From Phyllosticta citribraziliensis (lineage: Eukaryota): a stretch of DNA of 64,000 nt. Made by a program: the position numbers and the translations under genes. The stretch spans positions 372,001 through 436,000 of the forward strand of contig NW_027117347.1 of the NCBI RefSeq assembly GCF_038025025.1, read 5' to 3'. This document shows positions 49,701 through 64,000 of the stretch, in pieces (position 1 is the stretch's first letter; every line of letters starts with the position of its first letter). The notes under the pieces are model-generated. The model worked only from the letters and a program-made list of their open reading frames with translations, was not told the origin of the DNA and ran no database searches.

Positions 49701-52700
49701 TAAGGGTATAATAGTTAGTAAGTATATTAAGCTAAGATATAATAGATATTAAAAGATAAGGATATAGTAATAGATAGTTATAGTTTAAACTATAGGTACT
49801 TAGGTAATATAATTATACCTACTAGTATCCTAATATCCTAGCCTAAAAAATAAGGGAAGAATAAATAAGAGAAAGATAAAGAGAAACTCTCTATAATATC
49901 CTCTATATTATATCCTTACTCTAATAAATAAAATTCCTTAGAATAACCTCCTTATTATATTCTTATTACTATTACTAGAATCTATATCTTTATTTACTCT
50001 TACTAGCTATAGGCTAGTATAAGGAAATATCCCTAGATATATATATAAGAAAATAATATAGGATAGTAATAAAGGAAGAGTACCTATTTTAATATAGTAT
50101 AGGATTACTATATAAGGACTTCTAGTATAGTAGCCCCTATACTTATTATACTAGTAGGCTACTTTATACCTATTAGTAGTATTATTCTAGGCTTATAGGG
50201 GGTCCTTAATTACTATATTCCCTATAGATTCCTAGATACTAGTAGTCTCTTCTAATACTAGAATACTAATAGTAGTATTTATAAGACCCTAGAGGTATCT
50301 AATAGAGGTATATTATATAGTTATATAGGTTTCTATATTAATCCTTATATTATACTCCTTAACTAGGTCTTAGGTATTATAGAGGTTCTCTAGATTTATC
50401 TACTAGTAGTATTTAGCTCCCTATCCTTACTAGTTAACTAAGTATTAAATCTTCTTTAAATAAGGATTATAGTACTATAATAATAGTATCTAGATCTTAT
50501 ATTCTAATACTATCTTACCTTTAGTTATAATCTCTAAAGGTCTTAGTAGTAGAATATCCTAGCTATAAGGGTCTACTCCTAGTATAGTATAAGGCTTAAA
50601 CTATATAATACTAACTATTAGATAGACTTTTATATTATTAGGGAGCTTAAGCTTATATACTAGCTTAGATCTAGTATAGGCCTTAATATAGAAAGGTCTA
50701 ATAAATTAGTAGGTAAATTTCTTACTTATATTTCTATATATATAATATCTATAGTATAGTTAAAGCCTTATCTAGGATTTAACTAGTAGATAGATAAGCT
50801 TATACCTCTAGTTATATATATATTTATAACTTATATTAGTAAATATAATACCTTTATAGGCTTAGTCCTAGAAGTAGGCCCTTATAATCCCTAGGTCTAT
50901 ATCTAGTAGTTCCTACTAGATTATTATTATAGGATTAACCTATAGCTAGAAACTAAGGTATATCTTATCTAGGGTATAGCCTATTACTATATTTAGGGAT
51001 AAGTTTATTATAGCCTAGACTATAGGAAGAGTATTAGTCTATTATAGTTTAGTATTTACTATAATAAAATAGTATAGGGTAATCTTAACTATTTAATTTA
51101 TCTACTTACTTTAGCTATCTATCTAGGGATAGTATACTATACTAGCTATAAATTTAATTCTAAGGTACTTAAAAACTTTATCTATAAAGTTAGAGAGCTA
51201 GTAACTATCCCTATCTAAGATTATAATTAATAGGAGTCCCTAACTAAGTACTAGGATAGTTTTAATAAAAATACTACCCTATTTACTAGCTATCTAGGTT
51301 TCCTATCTAGGTACTAATACTATATACTTAGTAAACTTATAGGTAACTATAAGTAATATATTAAATAACTCTATAGTAGGAGGTATCCTAGTAATAAAGT
51401 CTACTATAATTATATAGAATAGTAGCTTTAGGCTAATAATAGGGTATAGAGATCTATAGGGTTTATACCTAGGGGTCCTATTCTATTTATAGTCTAGATA
51501 AAGGTAAATATATTTAGATAGTTATAAATTTAGGTTATAAATAAAGTAAGTAGGCTAGATATAGCTTAGTACTCTATTAATTCCTTAATAGCTATATTTA
51601 TTATAGGCTATCTTAAAGATATCCTTTTTATAGCTTAGTAGGATATATAGATACTCCTACTTATCTACTTAGTCCTAGAAGTATATAAGCCTATCTTAGA
51701 TAAAGAATTATAGGCTACTTAAAGAGGCCTCTATAGGGATATATCCCTTAGATAGTATATTATCTTAGTTAATATCCTACTTATACTTTATTATTATAAT
51801 AATCTAGGACTACTTTTAGTCTTTAGTATAACCTACTTAGATCTTAGCCTTAAAGGTATTAGAAAGTTCTATTAATACTACTCTAAATATAAAGATTTAG
51901 TTATCCTCTAGTACTATATAATTATTATTAAATACTAGCTATTCCTTAGTATCTAGGTAGCTAAGTATATTAGGGATAATATAGTTTTACCCTACCTAGT
52001 AGTATAGCTCTAAGTAGAACTAACTTAGAAACTAGAATCCCTATATAAGCTTTATATTTAAGTACTCTACTAAATCTATACTTAGAAAATATATCTAGGT
52101 AGTAATAGCTATTAAGGCTAAATAGTCTATAAAGATAATTATATATTTTATAGATTTTATATAGAGGCATAGCTTATAGATAACCTAGATAACTCTAGCT
52201 ATTTTAAGCTTAGTTAGCTAATATCTAGATTCTATATCCTTTACTTATTTAGATAGGAAAATAATTAGCTAGACTAATACTTTAGAAAAATATTTAGTAT
52301 ACTTAAGCTATTTAATAAAAGGATCCTAGATAGATTCTAATCCTATCTAGATACTATCTAGCTACTTAATATAACGGTGTCACCTAGGCTATCCCTATAA
52401 ATAGGCTTAATAGCTAAGACTGCTCAGATATATAGATAATTTCCCTAAGTGCCTAATTCTCTTATATAATCCTTAAATAGTTAAGTAATTACTTAGAGAG
52501 AAATCAGCCTCTAGGTAGATATTACTATATACTAGGGCCTAGTCCCCTTAATATAATAAATATATATTATTATATAAGTATCTAAGGTAGGATTATAGCT
52601 AGTAGAGGTTATATAACCCCTAGGTTCCCTAAGATAGAATACTAAAGTAAGGAGGTGTAGCCTTATTTTAGTATTAATTAGAGGAAGACTACTATATAAG

Positions 52701-55700
52701 CCTATACTAAGAGAGATATCTCTATACCCTTCTAGTCTATTTACTAGTAGGTTATAGGATATATATCTTAGTAGACTAGTAGTCTTAAATAGATAAAAGT
52801 CTTTTAAGTAAAAAGAGTAAATTTAGTAAAGAGTAATTAAAGAGTTAAAGAAAGAGAGTTATTACTAGAGAAGCTATTTAGAGGGACTTAAGGCCTTCTT
52901 ATATACCTTTCTCTAGTACTAAGAGAACTAGTATCTATTATATAATAATAGATAGAAGTCTCTAACTAAGTATATTCTTTCTAGTAAAGTAAAATACTAG
53001 AGAGTTAGCTAATGCCTAACTAATAACTAGAATAACTAGAAAGAAGGTACTTTACTAATTAGTAGTTTCCTTAACTACTAATAAAATATACTAGCCTAAT
53101 TAATCTAGAGCCTAGTACCTAATAAAAATTATAGAAAGGATCCTTCTTCCTATATAATTATATAGTAGTTATCTACTACCTATATAATTATATAGAGACT
53201 ATATCTAAAGTAAAACTAACTCTTTAATAAAACCTAGTTTTAATTAGATATTAAGGGAAGTAAGGATTCCCTAATTAAAGTAAAGTTATTAAGTAGATCA
53301 TTCTTCCTAATAACTTCTAACTATAATAACTTAATAACTAGTTAAAATATAGTAATTCTAAAAGATATTCTAGACTTCTACTATATAGAAGTATAGAACC
53401 TAAGTATAAGGTTTTTAATACCCTGGTCCCTATTAGGTAGGTAGGGAGGTCCTAGCTAGGTCTTTATATAGGAAGGACCTATATATCAAGATAGATTAGA
53501 AGGTAACTAAGCCTAAGGAGTATTATTATATAATACCTTAGGGGCTATAGTATTTATCTAGAAGTTCTAAAGTTTATCTATCTACTAGGTAATTTTCTAT
53601 AGGGATATATTATTTAAGCATTTCCTTCTCTTTTAAATATCTCGCTAATGAGTTACCAGATTAGGATGGGAAATATACTATTTAAATTACCTAATTCTAT
53701 TCTATAAGCCCGTATATTAAGCTTATCTAAAAGTTACCTAGAAAGCTCCTAATCTGATAAACCTTCTTAAATAAAGGTTATTACACTTAACCTCCTATAT
53801 ATATATAGTACTTACCCCTCTTATACTACTAGTACCTAAGATTCTATTTTAGGTTTAGAATCTCTAATAATATAGTATACTATAGCTTCTATACTATATT
53901 CCTTACTAGTATTAATATTAATATATAAAGGCCTCTCTAGATTATAATATACTAGCTAGTCTATATTATATAAGGTCTCTTTAATTACTTTAAAAGTATC
54001 TAGCTAGTCTAGATTAGGATTATTCTACTTCTTAGCTACTACTTACTAGTATATACTCTTAGTCTTAGGGATACCTTTAAGTACCTCTACTAGTAGTACT
54101 ATTTTAGTTACCTCTAGTAGCTCTATTAGATAGGTATAGTATAGTATATACTATTATAACTATCTAATAAGCCCTAAGAAGGTTTTAAGCTTCTAGAGAG
54201 TATTTAGAAAAGTAAGGTCCTTAATAGTATAGATCTTATCTTTATAGGTAATTATTCTATAGCTATAGATATATTAATCTAAGTATAAAATTAAAGGATA
54301 TCTAAGTAGTATCTTCTTAGATAATAAGGAGATCTATCTATTATCTAGTACCTTTAATATAGAGTCTAGGTACTTAAAATAGTTATTAAAAGTTTAATAG
54401 TATATTAGTATATTATTAATATATATAAAGGTAAAATCCTAGTAGCCTATATAGTATAGGATATTATTAAATTAGTACTAGATATATAGTATACTATTAT
54501 AGAATCCTATAAGAGCTACTATTAGGGTTTCCTAGCTATAGTAACTCTAGATTATTATATAGTACTAATAAGCTTACTTAACTAACTATTAATAAAAGAA
54601 AGATTACCTATTAATAAGTAAGATATATAAATATCCTTATAGATAACTTATTAAGTCCTAGATAGTTTTTAAGGTAGTATATTAGGGTATTTAAACCCTA
54701 GATATCTATAACTCTATAACCCTTATACTTATACTAGACCTATAGGGGCCTATCTCTTAATTAGGGAAGCTAATAGTACTTATCCTTCTAGATAATAAAA
54801 GTTAGCTAAGTAAATTCTATTAGCTTATCTATCTATAATATTTTAGGTATTCTATCTATAGTAATCTAATTATATAAGTCCTTAAAGATTTTATTTAGTA
54901 CCTACTTACCCTTATAGGATATACTATATACTTAAATTAATAAAAGGTATCTAAGCTTATCTTACTAGTTATCTACTAGATTAATAGGTATCTAGTCTTC
55001 TTTAGGTATATTAACTATAGTATATTAATCTATAAAAAGTAGTAGATACTTCTCTAGAATCTTCTAAAAGGTATTAATATAATCTAGTAGACTATAGATA
55101 TAAATACTATTATCTAGGGTAGTCTCTAGCTCTAATAGGATTCTATTATAGAATATACCTATTATAGAGTAGTTAGATACCTAGTAGTAGCTATTAATTT
55201 CTATAGTTACTAAGTATCTAAGCCTTATATATTATAGGATTATAAGTAGCTTATCTATTTTATTATAAGTAAATAGCTAATTAAAATCTAAATTATATAC
55301 TATATAATATAGGATACTATCTTAAACTAAGAATAGAATCTAGCTAGTCTACTAATTAGGCTAAAATTTATAGAGCTAGTTAAAGAGATCCTTACTAGCT
55401 ATTATAATAATTAGTACTAAAGAGTATAGCTTAATAATTATATACTATATAGCCTTAATAACCCTATATACTAGGGTAGTATACTTCTATAGGACTATCT
55501 TAGTCTATAGGTTATAATAGAAAGGCTAAGTTACTATACTCTATAAGCTATTAATTAGGACCCCTTAAGGTTAGATAATATTTATACTAATAAGTAGTAG
55601 GATTAGTATATTATTAACTACTTTTATATAGTATTATACTATCTCTATAGCTTATAAGCTATTAGGTAGTACCCCTAATAAGTAGAGTAGTAGAAGGATA

Positions 55701-58700
55701 TATTTATTAGATACTATAGGTTTACCTACTACTCTATAGATAGTACCTACTATTAGTAGGGTCTAGATCTTAATATCTAATAGTTTATTATATAGAAAGC
55801 TTCTTACTACTAAGGATAAGAATACTCCTATATCTAGGTAAGCTATATTAAGGAATCCCTTAGATATAAGCTAGAAACTTATTTCTATAGATTAGTATAT
55901 AGGGAAATAGGGAGGTACCTAGATATCTACTATATTTATTAAGGAACTAATTATCTATAGATTCTAAATATTTATAGTAAAAATAGTATTAAGTACTTTA
56001 GATATCTAGTTAAGCTAATAATTAGATTATTTAGCTTTACTACTCTTAGACTTATCCTATACTCTAGTAGAATAGTCCCTTAAATATATAAATAGTTTAT
56101 TATATAAGGTAAAGTATATTAGATAGAACTAGTATCTATATAATAAGACTAGTTAAGTATTATCTAGGATCTTCTTACTAGTACTAGCTAATAGGCCTAA
56201 TAGGGTAAGATTAATAAAGAGTATAAAGTCCTTATAATAGTAATAAGCTATATTTTCCTCTATAGTATCTTTATCTACTAATACCTTATTACCTATATCT
56301 AGGGTACTATCTAAAGTATCCCCTTCTTCTTTACTATTACTATTATCTAAGCTACTAGTATAGTAATTAGGCTATACCTTAGCTAGGCCTTTATCCTTCT
56401 AGTTCTAGTATTGGGATTTTAAATTAGTAGTATTTCTAGTATACTTAAATAGAGTAGATAGGGCCTTCTTCTTAGGATATATAATCTACTTCTTAGCTAT
56501 AGTATTATTTATATAACCCTAGCCCCTATAATAGGAGTTATTAGTATTATTATAGGGATTTTATAAGAATCCTTACTAATTAGTATTATATATAAAAGGT
56601 TACTTACTTACTTAGGAATATACCTTATTATATAGCTTATACTATATATACCTATATAATTTAATATCCTAGATAAGATCCTCTACTATAGTATCTACTT
56701 ATAGGTATAGAATAAGTATATAGTATTATACTTCTATCTTATTCTAGGCCTATATTAACTAGCTATATACCCTAATAAGGCTAGATACCTTACTATAATA
56801 TATATAATCTAATATAAAATCTACTATTAGAATATTATTATATATACTATATTTATTAAATTTTATTTTATCTAACTATCTTATAGCTTTATAGACTAGT
56901 AATCCCTATTACTCCTATAGTACTTATATCTAGTTATTAATACTATTACTATCTAGAAGTATATCCTAGTAGGCCTTTTTTAATTATTAGATATACTATT
57001 TAGAGGTATATCCCTTAAGATATTACCCTAAGTTTTTATAGATAACTTATACTAGAATATATTATAAGGATATATCTATAGCTTTAATAAATTATTTAAT
57101 ATCCTAATAATAGATCTAGATTCCTTTAATTATAATATTACTAGGCTTAAATTTAGCTTCTAGAAGGTATAGGTTAAAGAATCTAACCTTCTTAGGGCTA
57201 AACTTTAGTACTAGTAGCTATTATTAATAAGGGGGAAATAATTACTACTAACCTAGGTCTAGAGTAGTTTATAGACTAGTATTACCTAGGTATTCTATAG
57301 CCTTCCTTTTATAATCTATATACTAGATTATAACTCTTAGGCTCTCCTAATTAGTTTAAACTTCCTAGGTAATATCCTATTAGGCTTACTAGTATATCTC
57401 TAGGGTTTAGAATAATTTACCTAATTATATATTAATTTTACCTATACTAGTATTAATTATAATAAGCCTTATTCCTTACTAGCCTAGTAGCTTAGATTAG
57501 TTATTTAACTATTATATTAGGTTAGTAATAGCTATATTCTAAATACTAAGGTTAGCTTTAAGGTACTAGGCTTATACCCCTATAAAGGCTAGTAGATCCT
57601 TTATATTACCTTATCTACTATCTCTAGATCCCTTACTAGATCCTTTATCCCTAGATATTATAACTCTTAAATAGTATTAAGAACCTATACTTAATTAGCT
57701 TATAGGATAGTATTTAGGTACTCCTAGAGATAGGAGTATAAGGAGTAGCTTATACTAGTTATATTATAGTAACTAGGAAGATTTTAGTAATAGGAATTAA
57801 GTATCTAGGTATTTAATATTATATTAGATAATTATATTAAGGGGTCTACTATATAAATCTAAGAAGAGGTTATTACTACTTATATTATAGTAATTAGGGA
57901 AATAAAAGGCTCTATAGTAACTAGGTTAGTATAGGTTTAGATCTATAGAGTAGGATTTATAGCTTAATATATAAGAATAGTAGAAAAGATTAGAAGATAT
58001 ATAAGGAGAAGTTAAATATCTAAGGGATATATTAAAGGAGGAAGTTTTAAATAGTTATTATTAGATATAGCTAGGTATTAAAGGACTAGTAGATTCCTAG
58101 ATAGGTAATAGTAGATATATTATACCTATATTAGAGTCTAGGATCTATTATAGTAACTACTATTATAATTATTTAATTATTATAGTACCTAGTTATTAGA
58201 TACTATCTTTATAACTAGTAGATCTATATAGACTAAACCTATAGAGGGTAATTATACTATACTCTTTAATTATACTCTAGGAAGACTATTATACTAAGGG
58301 TACTTATAGAGTTAAAGGGTAGATAGGAGTTAAGGTATATAGTATTATAATATATTAAGAAGTAGTAGGGGTTAAAGATATAGGTACTAATATAGCTAGT
58401 ATACTTATAATACTAGTTAGGGAATATATAGTATCTATAGATTAGCTTATTAGTACTAGTATCTAGTTTATAATTATCTAGGATTAGCTAAAAGAACTAG
58501 GTAGTAAGCTTATAATAATAGATAGTAGGGTAGAGCCTTATAATTAATTCTTATAGGCTAGTATACTAATCCTAGTAATCTAAGTAGTATACTTATTAAT
58601 AAACTCCTATATAATATATAAGAGAGCCTATTAGCCTTTAACTATATAGTTCTAAGTAATAGGGTATCTAGAAAGTACCCTACTAGCTAGATTCCTTATA

Positions 58701-59202
58701 CTAGCCTAGATCTTAGAAGGATTAAACTATTATATAAAGGTAAAGATTAACTAATAGGTTAGGGTAAGGAGTAGATTTTAGAGGGACTATAGGCTAGTAT
58801 CTAGGAGAGTCTATAATTACTAAGTAAGTAGTTAAAGTCTTATAGGTAGTTCTTATTACTCTTTAATTATTAAGATAGACTAGGTTAGATTCTAGGTATA
58901 GGAGGATCTTAATATACTATTAATATAGTAGAAGATATATTATATATTAAGATCTAAGTAGCTAGTATAGTAGTAGTAGAAGTAGTATAAAAAGGGATTT
59001 TAACTTATAGAATAACCCTTTTTAGCTATTAAATATAATAATTTAACTAGATATTTATAGTACTAATTTAGGTATAAGAGTTATCCTATTACTTAGGCTA
59101 TCTATATAGCTAAAGTACCTATCCCCTATAACTATTAAGCTTACTAAGCTTACCCTTAGTACCTAATAGCTATACTAGATCCCTGTAGGATCTACTACTA
59201 TA
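46759..59202 (-). mobile_element. Ty3/Gypsy LTR retrotransposon family D (LTRs 46759-46926 and 59034-59202) with an extra 3' region
   Basis: ~168-bp direct repeats; minus-strand de-RIPed RT F.FVYVDD.L (~54405-54440) and integrase FH.I.VDFITG.P...L.VTCKFTK...WGLP..IISDRD...S.YHPQ.DGQSE (~51100-51420); TSD not readable. Confidence 0.85.
52370..53785. mobile_element. 1,416-bp insertion (large solo LTR or deleted LTR element) inside family D pol
   Basis: Ends T(A/G)TAAC...ATTACA, flanked by 5-bp TSD CTTAA (52365-52369 and 53786-53790); visibly less RIPed than its host. Confidence 0.75.
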
Positions 59203-62200
59203 TATATTTAGCTAACTAAAAGTCTAAGGTAAAGAGAAAAAGGAGAAGTAGTACTAAAGAGAAGGTAGAAATATAGTTATAGTAGGCTAATTACTTATCC
59301 TACTTAAGTAAGTATATAGTTATATACTTACCTATACTAGGTTAGGTTCTAGTAAACTAGTCCTTATATAGGCGCGGGCCTGATACTCTCCTTTTTACCT
59401 ACTTATACTAACTATTATATTATCCTAAAGTTTATTAGGTATATCTATAGTTATAATACCGCTTATTTCTATAATATCTTATTAACTTATATTAATTTTA
59501 GCTCTAGTATCTAGAAGAGCTTTAATATTATATAGTATCCTAATACTAATTAGAATATATAGAAGGTTATAATAAAATAGAATATAGCTACTACCTTATT
59601 CTTCTTTAAAGACCTTAGTACTTATTAGGCTAGGGGTATAGTTATAGTAGATTTTACCTAGGTATTAATCTAGCCTATAGGTAAAAGTATTAATATAGAA
59701 CTTTTATTTCTTTTTCTTTAGTTCCTTAGGAGTGCTCTTTTTATTATAAATCTTTCTAAATCTAACTAGTAAAGTAGTTAGGATAGGTTCTAGAAGTGGC
59801 TTTTAATTATAGTTAAATTCCTAGATCCTTAGTTCTATATTTAATATAGGATAGTTAAAGTCTAGACCCTCTAGATAGAGCTAAATATATTTATATTTTA
59901 TAACTTATATAAGAACTTACCCTAGCTACCTAACTTCTACTATATAACCTCTTTCTCTTTAGGTAATTTCTAAGGGTTTATCTAAATTAATAATCTAGCT
60001 AGTCTACTTCTTTTTATAAATAATATTAACTTCCTTATAGACTCCTCTATTAAAAATAAAACTATTAAGCCTTTTTTAAAATTCTTTCTCTATATAGAAG
60101 TATTAATAACTCTATTCCTTAATAAGTTATAAGAGAGCTTCTAATCTAGCTTTTTCTTCTTCTTTCCTATTACTCTAAACTAGTTTAGAGTTTTTAGGTT
60201 ATAGTATTACTTTAGGTAATCTAGTTAATATTAATAGAGGATTTAGTTTAAGATACCTATAGGTATTCTTTTTAATCTAATTAGAGGATTCCTAGATCTA
60301 CTTTCTAGTTTAATTAAGCTATTATTTAAGATGATAAATAATTCTTTCTAGTATATAAAGCTAGATTTATCTATCTTTAATAATTTTTCTTTTATACTAG
60401 TATTACCTTATTCCTAATTACTCTATATAGTTTTAGACCTCTAGTATACTCTTATTATCTAATAAATCTTCCCCTTTTTTATAGTATCTTAGGATAATTT
60501 TTAGAAAGATTAGATAGAATAGTCTTCCTAGGCCTAGTAGGTATAATTATATAGTATTAAATTCTTTAACTAGTTTACTAAAATCTACTCCTAGTAGGTA
60601 GCTTATTCTTCTTCTTTTATATAATTACTTATAATTCTTTCTTTAAGCTTAATAAAGTACTTAGCTATAGAGATTATCTAGTTATTATAAAGTCTACTCT
60701 CTTTAACTAGTTTACTTTTTCTATTATTAACTAGAGTTATTACCTTAATACTAACCTTTTCTTTATTAATTAGGGTACTATATATCTTAATTAGGTCTAT
60801 ATCTATTTTAATAGGGGGTTTACTACTTCTAAGGCTAAATTAGATAGTACTAATAAGATTCTTAATAGACTTTATTAAAACTCCTTTAAGATTAAATCTT
60901 AAATATAGAAGTTTATCTATAACAGGTTTAAGCTTATTCTATTCTAAGAAGCTTTTAGGCTAATTAAAGAAGTTAATTACTATCTTCCTTTATAATAGCT
61001 AGAAGAGGGAGTCTATAAGAAATAGAGGGTAATTCTTAGACTAAGTTTCCTTATTACTAGAGGGTCCCTTTTTAGGGGCTACTTTTATATCTTATATATT
61101 AATATTATCTCCTTATATCTAAGGAGGAGCCATTCTAAAAGTCTAGTAAAAGATTAGATAATTAAGTTAGTTAGTAGTTAGTAGTCTATTTTATAATTAG
61201 ATAACTAGAACTACCTCTTACTCTTCTTTAAGCTCCTTAAATTAAGAATTCCTATATACCTTAGCTCTCTTAAAAGCTAATTTAGTACCTATTTTTAGGT
61301 CTAATATCTTTATTAGCTACTTAATTCTCCCTTTTTAGATTTTATTAGGTTAGAGATATTAGGTACTATAAATATTTCTATCTATACCTACTATATTAAC
61401 CTTAAAATAGTTAACTTTAAAGTTACTTATAATTCTTAGGTTATCTAAGAAGAAGATATCTATCTCTTAGTCTAGCCTATAATAGAGGTTATAGAAGTAG
61501 GTAATATTACTTTAAATATTTTTTATTAGTAGCTTTTAGTATTTATAAATTAGGTAGCTATATTATTTTAATTCTTACTAGATAGCTTTAAGCTTTTTAT
61601 ACTAAGCTCCTTTAGAATAAGGATTAAGGGAGTTAATAAAGTATAGTCTTTAGGTTTTCTAATAAAAGAGTAGTTATTTTTATATTTATATATCTAGCCT
61701 TAGTCTTTATAGAATTTAATTTCTAGGTAGTCCTAAATAAGGTATCTATATTCTTTATATATAAAATATATAGGTTACTTATTCTATCTATTAGGTAGTA
61801 TATCTAATTAATTAATTACTAGATATTATTAATTATTTAGGGGTACTAAGAAGTTCTAAATATTTTAATAAGGCCTAGTTAAAGGGTTATACTTATATAA
61901 CTAAGGGTATATATAAGAGAGGTAATAGTAGTAAAGATCCTTATTAGTTTATATATAAGTAAAATAAGGGTTAAATTTAAGAGTTCTTTAGGCTTTAGCT
62001 ATATTAATACTAAGATAGGAAAACTATTTATAGAGTTCTTCTATATCCTTTATACTAAGGTTTAATTCTTAGTATAAAGAGTTTCTAAAACTATTAATAA
62101 CTACCTTATTAAGGGGTCCTTCTTTAAAGGCTATAGGTTTTATAAAGGTAGAAGGTTTAATATATTTATTTAATTTAAAGTCTAGGATAATCTCCTTATA

Positions 62201-63893
62201 TAGTTTAAGATCTAGTTTAAGATATTAAGAGAGTAAATACTTAGACTAATAAGTTAAATTATTAGCTTAGACTTATTCTAATATTTTAGTAATTTCTTTA
62301 GCTTAGTTTATATTCTTAACTAGTTTATCCTAGGACTAGTTATCTCTTTTACTTTATATAAAATTATATTTCTTAAGAATCTATACTATATCTTTATTAG
62401 GGTATCCTTTAAAGAATAATTTAATTTATTAAGTTTCTATTATAAATCCCTTTTTTTTAACTAGCTTAGAATCTATCTTATATACCTACTAGTACTAATA
62501 AAAGTACTTCTAGTTATTCTAAAGATTCTTCTTTTCCTTAATAAGATAATAAAGCTACTTTAAAATTCCTTTATCTTTCTCTAGGTCTCCTTTAGAGTAG
62601 TTAATAAGGAACTATTCTTTAAAGGCTTTCTAATCCCCCTTTTTCCCTATCTTCTTAGTTTTAACTACTTAGTAGTTATCCCTTCCTTTAAAATACTAAA
62701 CTAATTCTATATATTTAGCCTAGTTATTATATCTATAAGAGTTAAGAAGATATTTAAAGTTATATATCTACTCTATAGCTTATTTCTTAATAAAGAGTAG
62801 GTAGGTAGTAGATCTATACTTTAAAAGTAGTTATTTAATTATAATAGCTTACTATAGTAGGGATATTTCTCTACTAGAGATTAGGGTTTAATAGATATTA
62901 ATATAGGTAAGAAGTACCTAGAACTAGTTAGGGGTAAAGATATAGCTAATAATTAGGGGGGATTCTATAGTTCTAGTATTATTTTATAGAGTCTTAGTTC
63001 TTCCTATCTAATCTCTTAATAATAAGTTAAGTTATAACCTATTATTATTAAAAAGAGGTAATAATATTCTTTAGAGAGAGAGTAGAAGATAAGTTTAAAG
63101 TTAGTTTTAAGGTTTTAGAGGGTCTATTTAAGAGTAATCTTTTTAAGGAATAATTTAACTTACCTAACTTAGATACTTTTAGTAATCTTCTTAAATTCCT
63201 ATAAGTCTTAGTTAAATTTAAGTATTAGTAAAAGGTCTTAGGTTTTTTAAGGTTAAATAATAAGGGTTTAAATAGGTAGGCTTTAGATAAGATATCCTTA
63301 ATATATTAATTAGAACTAGTTCTAAGTAAATAAGAAATATTTTTTAGGATTTTACTTATAATTTAAAAAGCTTAATAGGATATAATTATCTAAATAAAGA
63401 TATAATATAGTAGGTACTCTAGCTAGAAAGGATAATAAGGTCTTAAGAAGTAGAGGTAAGGTTACTCTAAACCCTAAAAAGCTTCTTACTTTACTCTAAG
63501 TTTTCTTAATAAGGGATAAAAGAATAAAGATGAGGATAATTAATAGAAATAGATTAATTTAAGTTTTACCTTATTAGTACTTATTTATTAATCTCTTTTA
63601 TATCTTATATCTTATATACTTACCTACTTAAAGTTTAATTACTTACTCCTTCCTCTTATATACTTCCCTCTATTATATATAGCTATAATAACCTTATATA
63701 CTCTAATTATCCCTTCTATATATAGTTACTCCTTCTTCTTCCTCTAATACTCCTTCTCTTTATATAACTACTCTAGATTATAACCTATCTTAGTTATAGT
63801 CTATCTTAGACTATTAGTATCTTTCTTATAATTACTCTAGACTAAGTCTATTTTAGATATCTTTCTATTTATATTAACTACTAATATAGTAAA
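59203..63893 (-). mobile_element. Heavily decayed Ty3/Gypsy element, family E (3' LTR ends ~59385; pol relic beyond)
   Basis: On the minus strand, polypurine AAAAAGGAGAG immediately precedes TATCAGGCCCGCGCC (de-RIP TGTCAGG..); RT/RNase H-like relics with many indels at ~61300-62200. Confidence 0.6.
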
Positions 63894-64000
63894 TATTACG
63901 CGCCGCTCAGCGTGTATAGTTTATATTTTATAGTATTTAGCGCTTAGTATTTACCACTTATATATATACTAGCTATTTATAGCTAGCTAAGGTATAGATA
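63894..64000 (+). mobile_element. Start of another family A LTR, running off the window
   Basis: TATTACG...TAGTTTATATTTTATAGTATTTAG...CTTAGTATTTAC matches the LTRs at 23634, 27409 and 33849. Confidence 0.9.

Larger units (their letters stand above)
19555..64000. other. AT-rich, RIP-degenerated block of nested transposable elements
   Basis: Abrupt composition change; near-absence of CA/TG and CG dinucleotides, huge TA excess; almost no ORFs; retroelement motifs appear after reversing C->T/G->A changes. Confidence 0.96.

Noticed and set aside
51970..52170. 66-aa ORF in the AT block
   Set aside because: Chance open stretch within RIP-mutated family D pol; its Y/I/L/K-rich composition is a RIP artefact.
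19555..64000. Starship, LINE or Copia element, or a mitochondrial/contaminant insert
   Set aside because: No tyrosine-recombinase or LINE motifs were recognised; domain order RT-RNaseH-IN is Gypsy-type; TpA excess with CA/TG loss fits RIP. A heavily mutated remnant could still have been missed.

Overview
Eukaryotic DNA from a filamentous ascomycete (Pezizomycotina, Dothideomycete-like), with two sharply different compartments. Bases 1-~19,550 are GC-rich and gene-dense, with mostly intron-containing genes: mitochondrial ribosomal S17, TPS1, a HIRIP3-like protein, cytochrome b561, NEDD8/Rub1, Elongin A, THOC7, a single-pass membrane protein, EXO5, an Mpv17/PMP22 protein and a divergent H3/H4 pair. 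This part also holds an 8 x 33-bp array in the TPS1/HIRIP3 divergent intergenic region and a MITE-like element just past the EXO5 stop. Bases ~19,555-64,000 are an extremely AT/TpA-rich block destroyed by repeat-induced point mutation (RIP), built from at least five nested Ty3/Gypsy LTR retrotransposon families (called A-E here). The main find is that family B carries a long extra ORF between pol and its 3' LTR, whose C-terminal half de-RIPs to a 2-oxoglutarate/Fe(II) dioxygenase-like domain (HxD...H). Family D carries a different, unidentified extra ORF in the same position. Other observations are an H3 Q19A substitution, RIP fading at element edges, and a recombination scar joining unrelated flanks. 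All protein readings in the AT block are manual de-RIP reconstructions, not database hits.
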